Below, piece after piece: positions 36,350-49,523 of a stretch of 64,000 nt of DNA (position 1 is the first letter of the stretch; each line of letters starts with the position of its first letter). The notes under the pieces are model-generated. The model ran no database searches, was not told the origin of the DNA, and saw only the letters and a list, made by a program, of their open reading frames with translations. The position numbers and the translations under genes were made by a program. This stretch comes from Vicugna vicugna (Eukaryota). The stretch is from the NCBI GenBank assembly GCA_013265495.1, contig MU058423.1, forward strand, positions 3,301,061 to 3,365,060, in the 5' to 3' direction.

Positions 36350-39300
36350 TCTTCTAAACTTTAAGATATGATTTTTATTGAACATAAGTAAGATTCACTT
36401 TTACATTACTCAGATATTTAACAATAAAAAATTAGTTTTGGTAAAAAAAGGAAAACATATCCTGGATTTATAGTTGGACAGTTAAAACAAAGAAATACTT
36501 AAATATGAAGGTCATTCTCCAAGTATTACAGATTTGAATACTAATGGAATCACTTCAATAAAAAAATTTTCATAAACATTTACATGATTATCCACAACTG
36601 TATCAACTTCCAGGGAACCAAATAAAATGGGTAAGAGGAAGGTGATTCCCCAAATAAAACGTATTTCCAAAAAAAAATTGAACTCAATATACCCTAAATG
36701 TCTTCCTGTATATGGGATTTAGTCAATGAATATTAGCAAGAGAATTGTTATATATATATAAGATGGACATAAACGTGTAAATGTGGAGTATGCAGACCAT
36801 GTAAATTAAAAATTTTGCCGGCTTTGTCATATGGAGAGAAGCCAGGGACCACTCACACGACCATTTAAACTATAATGTGTATATTTTATCTTATGAGAAG
36901 TCATGTATATAGGAATAAGGCCTTTATTTCCAAAGCAATCTTAAAACAGGTTAATATAGGCATATTTTACCCTTTGTATTTTTAGACTTCATATTCTTTA
37001 ACAACATCTCAGCTATTAAGACTGTGCACAGTACCTAAGCCAACATATGGGTCACAGCATAACACAATCTCAACTGCAGTACTAGACTATATTAACATGA
37101 CGTACCACCGAGGAGAACTGACCAAGTATATTTTCTGAACTGCCCCAGTTAAAGATCTGTTAAAATAAAATGCAACCCTGTCATAAGCCCAGTCTCTTTC
37201 AGAGCATTATCATATATAACGGAAGCCTAACACGTCAGAGAGCGTCAATGAAGTATGTAATAATACTGTCAGCTTGAACTTGCAAAGGGGTCTAGTCAGC
37301 ATAGAAATCTTAAATTCTAAAAATACTTCTGGGTGTTTTAACTTATTAAAACTCATCAATACCTGAATATGTTTTGACTGGAGCTAGTAGGAGATTTTTT
37401 TCCCCTTCTAGCAACAAATGGGCTAAGTGGTGGACCTCTGTGGCTCATGGTTTTCATTAAAAAAAAAAAAAGCAAAGAAGTTAGTTTGGACATCATTACG
37501 CTGACAGTATTTTGCTGGAATGGGATGGTGGACTTTAGGATTCTTGGTCAAGACTTTCTCAGATTTTAAGTACTAATCTGAATCAGTTGTCCGTTTACAG
37601 AAGCCTTCAGCACCACCATGGCAAAGGGGAGTCGACCATCAGAGTGTAAACCGATGGTCCAGGGCCTTCCCTGCCCTTTGCTACCCTTCACATCCTCTCT
37701 AGTCTTGGTCACCAGCACAAGATGTGGGCTCCTGACTGGTCTCTGTATTTTCCCCAAGCAAGGTATTTAAGACACTTCATTACCTGATCACAAATACATA
37801 GCTTTAAAATACCATGAATCTTCTTCTCTAGGATAAGATTAGAAAAAGAAAATGTTATATACATCTGCAAATTTTCTAAGACTGGATGATTTAAAATTCA
37901 ACTTTGCTATTAAAAAATAAAATATTTAATATTTAAAAATTAAAAATTTATTATGATTTAATTTTCAAATTCAATTTTCTAACCTCAAAATGGAACCCAA
38001 AGTGGGTTTGGTATTTAATAAGCAGATTTTTTTTTTAACAGCTACATGGTTAAGACATTAACAGTACATACTTTAAGAAAAACTAGAAAGGAAGATGAAC
38101 ACTTGGTCTTTTAACAAATATTTTCAAGGACTGTAATGAAATGTGATTACAAAGTTGCTGACGGGACACAAAATAGAATAAAATGAATCCAGACTTTCAC
38201 TGACTACAGAGGATACTGTCATTTTTTTTTCTTTCTAATATTTTTACTTGGTAAAAAAATCTGAAACATTTACTACTACGTAAATCAAGATGTATCTGGT
38301 GGCTGCTCAAATCATAAAGGCACGATTTTCATGCTTTTCAAAATCTCTCCACACTTTGTTTTTTAAAAATAATTCTATATCATATTAAATACCAAGAGCC
38401 AGTCTTGTATGAAGTTCCTGGGCGAAGGGCAGCCAAGGATGAGGAAGATGGTGCAGTGCCCTAATCACAGCATCTTTTACATCTCTGAAGAATGACCTCA
38501 CTGAACCTAATTTACAATCCAGTTTTTATTATCACTTTCAAAACTGCAAAATCATTTGCAGAAGTGCCAATAAAAAATATAGCTTAGGAATAATACTTTG
38601 AAAATAGAAAAATATGTTTTTAAGACATGTCAATAACTATCTCTCTAAACAATATCTTCATATCTCTATTAAAAACTTTCTGATTCTTTTTCCTTCCCAT
38701 AATATATAATGAATGGATCAGTTCACCTGTTTATTTGCAGACAGCAAGTTGTTTACCACTTACAGTAATATTTTCCTTGGTTAGACTAAAATGATAAGGT
38801 CCATTTTTTTCTTTCAAAACAAATCTTAAAAAATAAGAAAGTATAACTGGTGACTCAGAAAATCCTCTCTCTCAACATTCAGAACATTTTAAAATGGGGC
38901 GTTATCTCTTTTAAAAAACCTCAGAATCTATTTATAAAGGTAGTATTGAATTAATTTGGAATGCCCAATCCTTGAAACATTAAAAAAAAAAATCCTAACA
39001 TGAACTATTCAAAAACTTTTAAGCTTCTAAATTTGGATATTAAAATAAATTTTCTTAAAAAAATAATATATATTTTCCCTTATTTTGCCAACATGAAACC
39101 ATTAGACCAAAGTAATTCTATTCTAACATACTACATTTCTTTGACATGGTTTGGAAAGTAAGGACTGGGAATTACTAGTTCTATACAACCTACATTTTTC
39201 TTCAGTGATTGAGTGATTCCAAGAAAATTGAGGTCTTTCCACACAGAAACTGTCACGTGAGACTAGAAAAACTCTTAAGGTTTATCTGCTGTGCTATTGA

Positions 39301-40465
39301 ACTGGATCCAGATCAGATATTCTTATTTTAAAAGCTTATTTGATGCATGTGACATTCTATTCTCGCTTCAAAATAACTAATTTCTGATATAGTACAGAAG
39401 AAAACATGTATCTGATCAAGGGGGCCAAAACAGAAAACCACGAGTCCGTGTCAGTGATGTTGAGTGGCTGTCCTCTGTCTTTTATTCATTACCTCCTTGG
39501 AATACTTTTCAGTTTCAGATAAGCCTGAACTTCAGTAGAAAAGGCAGCTCTGTTTCTGATCATATCACAATTTTCCTCTTGTTCTAAATTCTGACTTCTG
39601 AAACCAGCAGACAGTCTTCTGTTAGTTAACAGAGCTCTGATGCTAGGGTGTCTCACGGAACCCTAACACACCAAATCTTAAACTTACCTCCAACCTCTTC
39701 TATAGTGCTAGTGCGAGTTCTGCAGCTCATCTAAAATTAACAAGTAACGATGCACACGGCGTAATAACGGCATTATACCCACTCACGTACCTCAAACTTG
39801 AATAACTCACGCTTGTTATTCAACTTATGACTGATACTTTAAGAATTAAGCATTTCACATGTTTAAGTTGTGGTATAACATTTTCCCAAAGCACGAAACA
39901 CCCACATTTTATATCAATTATTGCATCAAAAAGAGTTAATGACCTTAGTACAATAATGCAGGTAGTATAATATGGAAGATTTCCTTCACAGGAATTATAC
40001 TTATTCTTGGCAGAATCTATAGGGTTTAAATTATTTTCACTTACTGTCCTCAACACAAAAAATTAATTAGAGCTCGATTCTGTCGAGCACTTTTATCACA
40101 GGTTTTACACTTCGACACTAAAACTATACTCAGAGGTACAGCGCTGTTTTTTCCCACTGGATGTTTAGAGAGAAAAAGCAGGCTTTTCATTATTCTGTGC
40201 AGTGACTGCAGAAGCCATGTATCTCCAAGCGCACGAGGCACACTGCCCCAGTACTACGTTCCCGTGGTCCCTGTTGGTGGGTGAGAAAGGACAGTGGTGG
40301 GCACCTTCGGAGAAGAAATCAGTGTTGGCTTTCCTCTTGATAGATGAACAGGCTTCCTTTTTTAAATAGGTTCATTTCCTTATAAGCGCTTGAACAAAGT
40401 GCCTTGATAGCTTGACTGCCCACATCTGAATCCCACAGGGCAGCTTCAGCTAACCAGCTTGACTT
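36350..40465 (-). other. FAM102B: FAM102B long 3'UTR (~4.1 kb), probable polyA signal AATAAA at 36379-36374
   Basis: AT-rich stretch with no recognisable repeat downstream of the TAG stop, ending at tttatt on + strand. Confidence 0.65.
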
Positions 40466-40508
40466 CTAGCGTTTGATCACAACTTGTTCATAAGCTCCAG
40501 ACCCCACC
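40466..40508 (-). CDS. FAM102B: FAM102B/EEIG2 last coding exon (VGSGAYEQVVIKR*)
   Basis: ttttag acceptor; conserved EEIG-family C-terminus; TAG at 40468-40466. Confidence 0.93.
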
Positions 40509-41059
40509 CTAAAAGTAGGGGGGAGAAAAAACCAACAAAACCTTCAAAATTTGAACTCTAGTGTTTGAAATTGTTCCAGTTAACCTTCTCCTCAAAGTGA
40601 TAGTGCATGAGGCATTTTTTACTTGATTTGATATCTACAAGGTTTAAGGACACCAGAGATAGAAAGTACTTGAGATATTAGTGTTTATAATTGATACATG
40701 GGGATTAGTCTAGTCCTTGATCACCTCATACTTATTCCCACAAAAATCTAGTAATGTTTCCAAATTCTTACCCTATCAACATTGTGGCAAATATGTTTAT
40801 ATATAAATCCCCAAATCGGCCTCATCCAGGAGCATATATTGACTCTGACAGTCTAGGTCTTGCACTGAGTTAATGGATGATAATTTTTAGTTGCATTAGT
40901 AGTGTCGTATCTTAAGGTACTTTACTAGAAAGTGCAAAAATTATTCATAAATCTGCAAATATCTTTATAAGTGGTCAGTACTGTAAATCGTATCTGTCAC
41001 TAATGCAGATGAAAAGGGAAAATGACCTTGAAGAGGGATTTATTTCTTCACGAGCTTGG

Positions 41060-41340
41060 TTTGCCAGATCACTGGTTGTCCCCCAAGATCTACTCACCCC
41101 TTCTTCGTGGTTTTAGCCAGGTGCAGGCAGCTTGGCTAGAGACCACATTTCCTGAACTCCTTTGTACATAGGTGAGGCCTTGTGACTAAGTTAGCCCCAG
41201 GGAACGTGAATGGAGACATGCCAACTTCCACCTCTCTTGCTTAAAGGGAGATGGCTTGCCTTGGACGAGTAGCGATTTTGACAACACAGGTAAGGAGGAT
41301 GGTGAAGGACAAAAATGGAGGTACCTGCATCAGCGAATCA
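41060..41340. mobile_element. MLT1-like MaLR LTR fragment
   Basis: ccacatttcctgaactcctttgtacataggtgaggccttgtgactaagtt resembles MLT1. Confidence 0.5.
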
Positions 41341-41584
41341 CTTCTGGGGCAAAGCTGTCCCTCCAGGATGGCTATTGTATTTTTGGGTCTCTGTTACAGG
41401 AACTTAGCCTTTGCCCTATTATGCCGGCTACTAATTGACCTCTATCAATGAAATACGGAGAATACTGAAAGACTTAAAATTTGCAAGCTTTGTGATAAAG
41501 TACTGAGAAACACTTAAGTAATGGACTCATCAATGGAAAGGGTGTTTTGCTATTGTTGATGCTCCTAGTAAGTACCCTGGCCTT

Positions 41585-41765
41585 GTGTTACAATGCAATG
41601 AACACACATGTTCCCTCCATTGCTTCTTGGTCTGGGAAGATAAAGGGTTTTTTTGTTTTTGTTTTATTTTTTTGTGGTGAAGGAAAGTGCGGTGTTTATT
41701 GTAGGGCACCCAGCGAGGAGTCCAGGGCAGCGAGTGCTCAGAACACCTGAACTCCCCTGATAAAG
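41585..41765 (-). mobile_element. ERV LTR fragment
   Basis: Shares tgtggtgaaggaaagt...tttattg motif with 13055-13165. Confidence 0.5.
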
Positions 41766-41813
41766 GTTTTCTATAAGCCTATAAACACCCAGTGCCTTTT
41801 TGATGGAGCTAAA

Positions 41814-41995
41814 TTTTTTTTCTTTCTTTCTTTCCCTTTCTTTCTTTCTTTCCTTTCCTTTCCTTTCTTTCTCTCTCTCTCTCTCCCCCCTCCCTCCAAT
41901 TCCCTTTCTCCCTCACCCCCTCTCTCTCCTTCCTTCCTTCCTTCTTTCCTTTCCTTTCCTCTCCCCTCCTCTCCTTTCCTTTCCTTTTCCTTTTT
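41814..41995. repeat. Polypyrimidine low-complexity tract ((TTTC)n,(CT)n,(TTCC)n)
   Basis: ~180 nt almost purely C/T on + strand. Confidence 0.9.
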
Positions 41996-43087
41996 AATTA
42001 CAAACTAGCACGCGATAAATCCTTTGGTACTTCTTACAAAGTATCGATCACAAAACAATACTTACTAAATGCAAAAAAAAAGAAATATATTAAAAAATAT
42101 TCTTTAGCAGCAGAATCCCTTTTACAAACAACATCTTAGAAGAACCTCAGTATCCGTAACAGATAAAAGTAGATGAGATTTCTGCTCCCTGTCTTACCAC
42201 CTGTCACATCTGATTGTAGTTGCTGATGTAGGTGTTTCCTCCTTTGTACCCTTTGGGCCCTGCAATGTGCTGGGCACCCAGGAGGAACTCAGTACAATAA
42301 GTATTGGTAGAAGAAACAAACATACATTGTTTTAGGCTTTGAGAGTAACACTGGAGAGTAAAAGAACTGTCTTGGACCAAGGGGGCTCCCTCCCCCTGCA
42401 ACTCTGACTTACTCTGTAGTTGTGCTGGAACATACATATTACACGGCAATACTGAGCACCGGGTGCACAGGATCGGGCTGTGGGGAAGCAGTGGAGTGAT
42501 CAGAATTTCTAAGGTGTCCTCAGCACCTGTGCTCACTATCACTGGCTGCAGTGCCGGGAATCAGAATGGCTAAGTTTGGCAGGTGCCTTTTCTCCTTCTG
42601 AATCTGAATAACTAGCAAAATGAGGATTGGTTTTCTGAACTTATTTTCTTAATATGCATGTCAGACTCCAGTATGGTGGGAAAAAGACGACAAGCAAAGT
42701 CAGTAGCAGCATCCGCTGCTGAGGGGCTGTGTGACGGCTCATGACACACAAGACCACTGATGCACAACACAGTTTTGCTTTGCTCTAAAATATCAGGCCA
42801 AGAACTCTTTTCTAAATGTTCTTCTTATAGTGCATCTTGCCCAGTGCTCCACTGGTCCTCTACTAATACATTCTAAAAATACATCTAAGGAAACCAACAA
42901 ATAAACTTATAAAATACAATTTCAAACATACTCAGAATAAGGAAAACTAAGAGCTATACTAGGAGCTGTAATTCTCATGGAATTACTAATTACTGTGCTT
43001 TCTAGCCTCAATCTAATACAAACTTTGCAACTTTCATCTTCTACGCATGAAGATTTAAAAGAAAAAGTCAGTCTATTCTTTATTTTA

Positions 43088-43195
<108 letters not shown>

Positions 43196-43955
43196 TTACA
43201 AGATTTGTTACATATACAGTTATAAGATTATTGTCAAATAATATTCATATTATAGTAAGTTCACATTACAGCTTTATTAAAGAAATAAAAAAACTTAAAA
43301 AAACAAGCTACATCCATGTTTTAAACCAGGCAATTTACAAGATACCCTAATTATGTCTCATTAACCTTCTTAAAGCCAAGCAAAGAAGGCAGCTGTTCCT
43401 ACAAATTTCCTCAAGTGGGGTTTAATTATTTCTCTCTACAACCGGTTACATAATGAAACTAAGTCCATTGTTAACTGCTCTCTATTCACATCAGCATGAA
43501 TAATTATACCTTTCAATTTGGTGGCATGTAAATTTTCAGTTTCAGTGAAATTGCTAAGGAGGGAACAAGGGACTGTGTTATTTACTATCATTTCAAGATC
43601 ACTACCCAACCTTCCAAATTACAACAGTGACTTGAGGTACTCAAGCCTTGCTGTGACAAAGCAGGTGCAGGCATCTACCATAAGGTATACAAACATGGTA
43701 GACACTGATGCATAAATTAAAAAACACAACAGAAGCTTTCTTTAAAGTTGGTATTTTTAAACTAAAGTTAATTCTTTTCCGAATTTAATATCCATTAACA
43801 AATGAGCCATAGTTATCTTCAGATTTTCAGAGGTGTGAAATCCATTTTACAAAAATGCAACAGACAGGATCGTGATGCACTGCCTCTTAACTGCTGACCC
43901 CACGGAGCATACAGACCTGGATCACATACACCTATGTGTACTTAATGGTTATCTA

Positions 43956-44132
<177 letters not shown>

Positions 44133-44191
44133 TTATGAAAACAAAGTTTTGTGTTTTTTTTTCCCCATTTAAACCGAGACCAAAATGATTA

Positions 44192-44395
<204 letters not shown>

Positions 44396-44499
44396 TCACT
44401 CTGGATGTAATACGAAGTATCAAACACACTGCAACCAAATATTCTCTCCCTCACCATAGCAATTCCAAGTCCCTTTAGAGCAATTCAACTTTACTTTTA

Positions 44500-44613
<114 letters not shown>

Positions 44614-45599
44614 TCATAACATAACGTTACTATTACTGCCAGTAAGTCAATGGTCAATTTGTCTTCGACTCTGCAGATTTTATAAGTTGATAAATTCATT
44701 ATCAAGTTACAGAGAGAAAGAAATCTCTTTAAATCAGTACCATGTAAACAACTGTGTTGCAAGAAATACAAGGAACTTAAATACCTCAGTTTACTGAAGA
44801 ATTATAGTACTTTTCGTAAGATTTAACAGCACTTTATTGTAAATAAAACTATTTTAGTTTTTATGTTTAACATTTCTCTAATAAAAATGAGTCTGAGATG
44901 TTCTTAAAAATTCTCATAAAATTGCCAGGTTTTTGGTTCTAAGGAAATCTTGCTCTCCCAAATCCATCAAAGCAGTAGACTAAAGAGTACTTTGTTACTT
45001 TTGTGTTCGTGTTGCTGGTGCTAAGCTATAATTTGGTTTAAATCAACACAGCATGTGATGTAGCACTGAGAATAAAGTTCTTCAGAAATTGATTACAGTA
45101 TTCAGTCTCAAAGTACATGTACAAAAAAAAGCAGTGTCAAAGCCGTTTCTAGTATTTCCCTGATAATGTGCATAATCCAGATGCCAATTATGGATTTCCA
45201 GAGCCACGCTTCTTCCACAGAATGCAGAACTGTGACCATTTTCACAAGGGTGAAGTATCTAGAAATCGGAACTATTTTTCACTTAGAGGCAAAAGAAAAC
45301 CAATTGCGTAAGGCAGCAATTATAGCAGCAGTTCTATAAATGATATTGAACACAGATGGACCGATGAATGCTGCCAAACACGTGAGCTACTGGAGCACCT
45401 GGCCCTTCTCCAAAAGGCTTCTCATCTCTGGACAGACTGTAAGATACAAACCCAAATGAACAACCCTTGTCCTACTTGACGGTGGTTCTAAACCCAATTA
45501 GCTACTAGTTCTAAACCCAGATTCTCAACCACAAGAGTTGGTTCCTATCAAGAATTATATATTTAACTCCTAGGGTTGGCCAGATCTTAATTCATCCAT

Positions 45600-47250
45600 T
45601 TGTTTATTGGTTTTCAAAATTTATTCATTCAGTAAGTATTTATTAAGCCCTCACCAGGTCATGTGCCCAATACTGTATGAGATAGAGGGATACAAAATAA
45701 ATAAGATAAAATATATGCTTCACAGTTTATAGAGTTGAAGCAGTTTTAATACATTTTGCCAAGTAGCAAAAATACAAGCACCAAAAAGAAGCTACCAAGA
45801 GCTCCAAAGGACCACCATCCCCACAATCCTGTCCCCACACCTCTGTCCTCCTTGATTTCCTGCCTGCCTCTCTGAGTGCAGACTTTTCTCTGGATGACGG
45901 GCAGGAGTATGGCTTCTGAGGCAGAGAGAACAAAGTCTTTAAGTCCTGGGACCAGCATTCACTGCTCACACAGGAACTTGGCTACCTTCTGGCATATGCC
46001 CAAGAAAAGCCTTCCCACCTGCCAGGGTCCCACAAAAAAGAGAAAAAAAAAAAAAAAGAACAAGTGCATCGAGCACTAGCTGGTAACAGGGCAAAGACCT
46101 CATACAGGAGGTTAATTCAGGTTTTTAATGATGCATAGGGATTCCTTGGCTAGACTAGGTGGGGGAAAGCATGCCTTGTCTGTAGGAAAGTTAAGTTCGG
46201 TCAAGTTGCCATAAGGTAGTGGTGCAGATAACTGGAGGGAAGACAGATGAGTGGATGCCTGCTAATGAAGGACCTTCTCCTATGAGTTTAAGGAAGGAAA
46301 CAATTCAATGGCTTTAAGCAGGGGTGTGACTGGACCAGATGGACATTTTGAAAAGATCACTCTGGCAGCAGGAAGAACGGGGGTGAAGGAGTGCAGATTT
46401 GCATAGTAATCTAGCTGAGAGACGTCTGACAGGGACAAATGAAAGTATTTAATTACTAATTAGAAGAGTGTGCCAGGACACACAGAAAGTAAAGGGGGAA
46501 ATACAGGTAGAAAATACAGGAGGAAGAGTCAGGAAGACGTGCAGGGTGTGTGGAATTTGGGGAACCTGAGGACACCCATTCACTAGTCACTGAATTTCTA
46601 CCATGTCTCTGGCCCTTATGCTGTTGATACAAAGCAAATTAAGACCTGATTGCAAAGAGCTTAGAGGCTTAGTTGAGAAAAAAGATAACCAGATGGATTT
46701 CAGTCTGTGACATGAAGTGGACCTTTCCAAAAAGCATTTGGAAACAGGTACCTGGAGTTTAGGAAGAAGTCTGGAGGCAACACAAATTTGTACATAAAAA
46801 ATATTAACTCATGTTTACATGATCACATTTACATTTATTTGATAGCTAAGTCCCAGGTATAGATGACACTGCCCAGGGAAAGTGAGGAGGGACCCAAATC
46901 CTGCGGAGCACCAGCATTTTAAGAGGAAGGTGCAAGAAAATAAAGAAGCCCCCAGAAGCTAGAGAAGGAGAGGTGGGAGCCACCGGAAGAGAAAGATTCA
47001 AGAAAGATGAAAACTGCCCACAGGACTTGACAATCATGTTCCTGGAGACATGATCAAGAGAGGGCAGAAGGCAGAAACCAGGGTGTGCGTGTGTTTAGGA
47101 ATAAATGGGCAGTGTATTCTTCCTATGAGTTTGGTTATAGAAAGTGTGAGAGAGAGAGAGAGAGGGCGGGGCCCATGGAAGAGCAGCAGATAGGGCAGGA
47201 TGTAGGCTAATGAGTGTTTGGTTTCCAATCTGAGAAAGAACTCAGAATAT
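45600..47250 (+). mobile_element. Degenerate L2 fragments (interrupted)
   Basis: attcattcagtaagtatttattaag and gaaaagatcactctggcagc L2-like phrases. Confidence 0.5.
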
Positions 47251-47554
47251 TCAAACACTGAAGAGAAGGCACCAATGGAAAAGTTAAAAGTATACAAAGG
47301 ATTCACTGATCCCAAATCAGGACAGTACATAATCCTCATTATCTGTAAGAAACCATATCCTTGCAATCTGAAAAGTGGGGAAAATGTTAATTGCGTCACT
47401 GCACCTTTCTTTTCATTCTTCCGAATAATAACCATGGTCACGTGGTGTGGGAGAAAAAGGAAGCCCCTAAGTGCCTTTTCCCCAGCCAACTTGACATCCC
47501 CTCACCTGCTGCTGACTTGGGGAGCACACTGTCTACAGCTGGGACTTTGCCTGG

Positions 47555-47735
47555 AGAAGTGGCTCTCAAGGTGTGGCCCGAGGCCCAGCAGCAGCAGCAC
47601 CTGGGAACTCAGTCAAGTAGCTTTCAAGCCCCAACCCAGATCTACTTAATCAAAAACTCCGACTGCAGCATCAGCAAGCTATGGTTTACCAAGCCCACAA
47701 GGCAACTCTGGTGTGCACTAACGTCTGGGAACCGG
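47555..47735. mobile_element. MER5A-like hAT-Charlie element
   Basis: gtggctctcaaggtgtggccc...cagcagcagcacctgggaac...tgggaacc. Confidence 0.55.
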
Positions 47736-48062
47736 ACAGACGTGTGTGATTCATGGAAGAGAAGCAACACCTGAGAGGTGACTGACGGAAGCTGCTGGGT
47801 GGGTTGGGTGGGGAAAGTCCTGCCATGTCCTGTTGTGGCATCTGTAGGGAGCAGAAGCATACAGTGGTGGGGGTCGGGGTGGGGGGGGGTATCACCACAG
47901 CATTTAGCTTTTAATCTGTCAGAGCATAACATAGCCTTTAGACAAAATGAAGTGTTGGCTTCAACAAAAATTGCATAGTTAAAAAACCCTGCTGATACTT
48001 ATCAGCGCATTTCAAGTCATGTACAGAGTTTTAAGTCCGGGAGGCACTTTGGGAATTGTTTA

Positions 48063-48248
<186 letters not shown>

Positions 48249-48681
48249 TCAGAACTTGCTTTATGGTGAATCTGAAAATTTGAAATACTGTTACAGACTG
48301 GTTGTGTAGTCAGTACACAGTCTTAAGAAGGTGCCCGTTGATTTACCTCTTTGAGGATGAAAGTGATGAAAATCAACACATAATATACGAGCATCCTCAA
48401 CACTTGAGTAAAATTCACCGGGAAAAAAAGGGGTTTTTACACAACAAAAATTGGGAGACCAGGAAGGCCACTGCCTCCATGGAGTCGGGAAAAGAGAGGA
48501 GGTGCGGTCCCAGCGCTGTTGGTGGAGGGGGCTTCAACTGTCAGCTCAACTCTCAGGCCGGGCAGGGATGGATGTGTGAGGCGAAGGCCGGCACAAGCCC
48601 CATTGTAGCCGAGGCTGGGGGCGGATACTTCACATCTCCTGTTCCAGTGCCTAAGATCTCTTGTTGGCTCCATTTACCTCT

Positions 48682-48865
48682 TTTTTTTTTTAAATTTTTT
48701 TGTATTGAGTTATAGTCAGTTTACAATGTTGTGTTAATTTCTGGTGTACAGCATAATTTTTCAGTCATATATAAATATACATACATTCATTTTCATATTC
48801 TTTTCCACCATGAACTACTACAAGATATTGAATATATTTCCCTGTGCTATACGGTATAAACTTGA
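48682..48865 (-). mobile_element. Short antisense L1 3' end with TSD
   Basis: TSD tggctccatttac at 48665-48677 and 48866-48878; poly(T) then L1 3'UTR. Confidence 0.85.
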
Positions 48866-49523
48866 TGGCTCCATTTACTTCTAAATAGTATCCATGGTTT
48901 TATCCTCTGCTGTCTTTGTAAACAGTCCACCTGCCCCAGGGAGAGTAATAAAGAGCCCTAGTTGTTTAGATTTGATTTTTCAGTCTGGATTCTCTGGGAG
49001 GAGGTGATGGGTATTTTTCAATAGCTCATTCAAAGCTCCTATTTTCCTGTAGAAGCTGTGAAGCAGGCAGGGGCAAGACTGAGTTCTAATAAGAACTTTT
49101 TTTTTTTTTTAAAGAAAACATCCCTAATCTTTTAAGGTTGGTATCTAGAGGAAAACCAGATCTTCCTAGAGACCATCCCTTGGTGACCTGAAACAGGAAG
49201 GTGTGAAAGGGGGATCGTGAAGCAGAGCTTTTATGTGCCAATTCTCAAAATGTTACTGTATTAGTTCCATGGAATCCTTAGGCTATTCAGATCCTTGGGG
49301 ATACAGACATTTAAGATTGCCATTAAACCTATTAACTGATAGATTATTCCTATTCCAGGATCTCCTAATTCCAAAATTGGATATCCTATTGTGATATTTA
49401 AGTATCTGCACAGCTGAACTCATTCTTTCCCCCAATCTGTTTTCTTCTTATATTCTCTATCTCTGTGAGTGCCACCACAATCCGAAAGTCACCAAAACCA
49501 GAATCCTAGATATTGCCTCTGTT

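Noticed and set aside
47034..47978. Several 96-151 aa ORFs in a FAM102B intron
   Set aside because: They cross L2/MER5A remnants and an (AG)n repeat; no coding signature.
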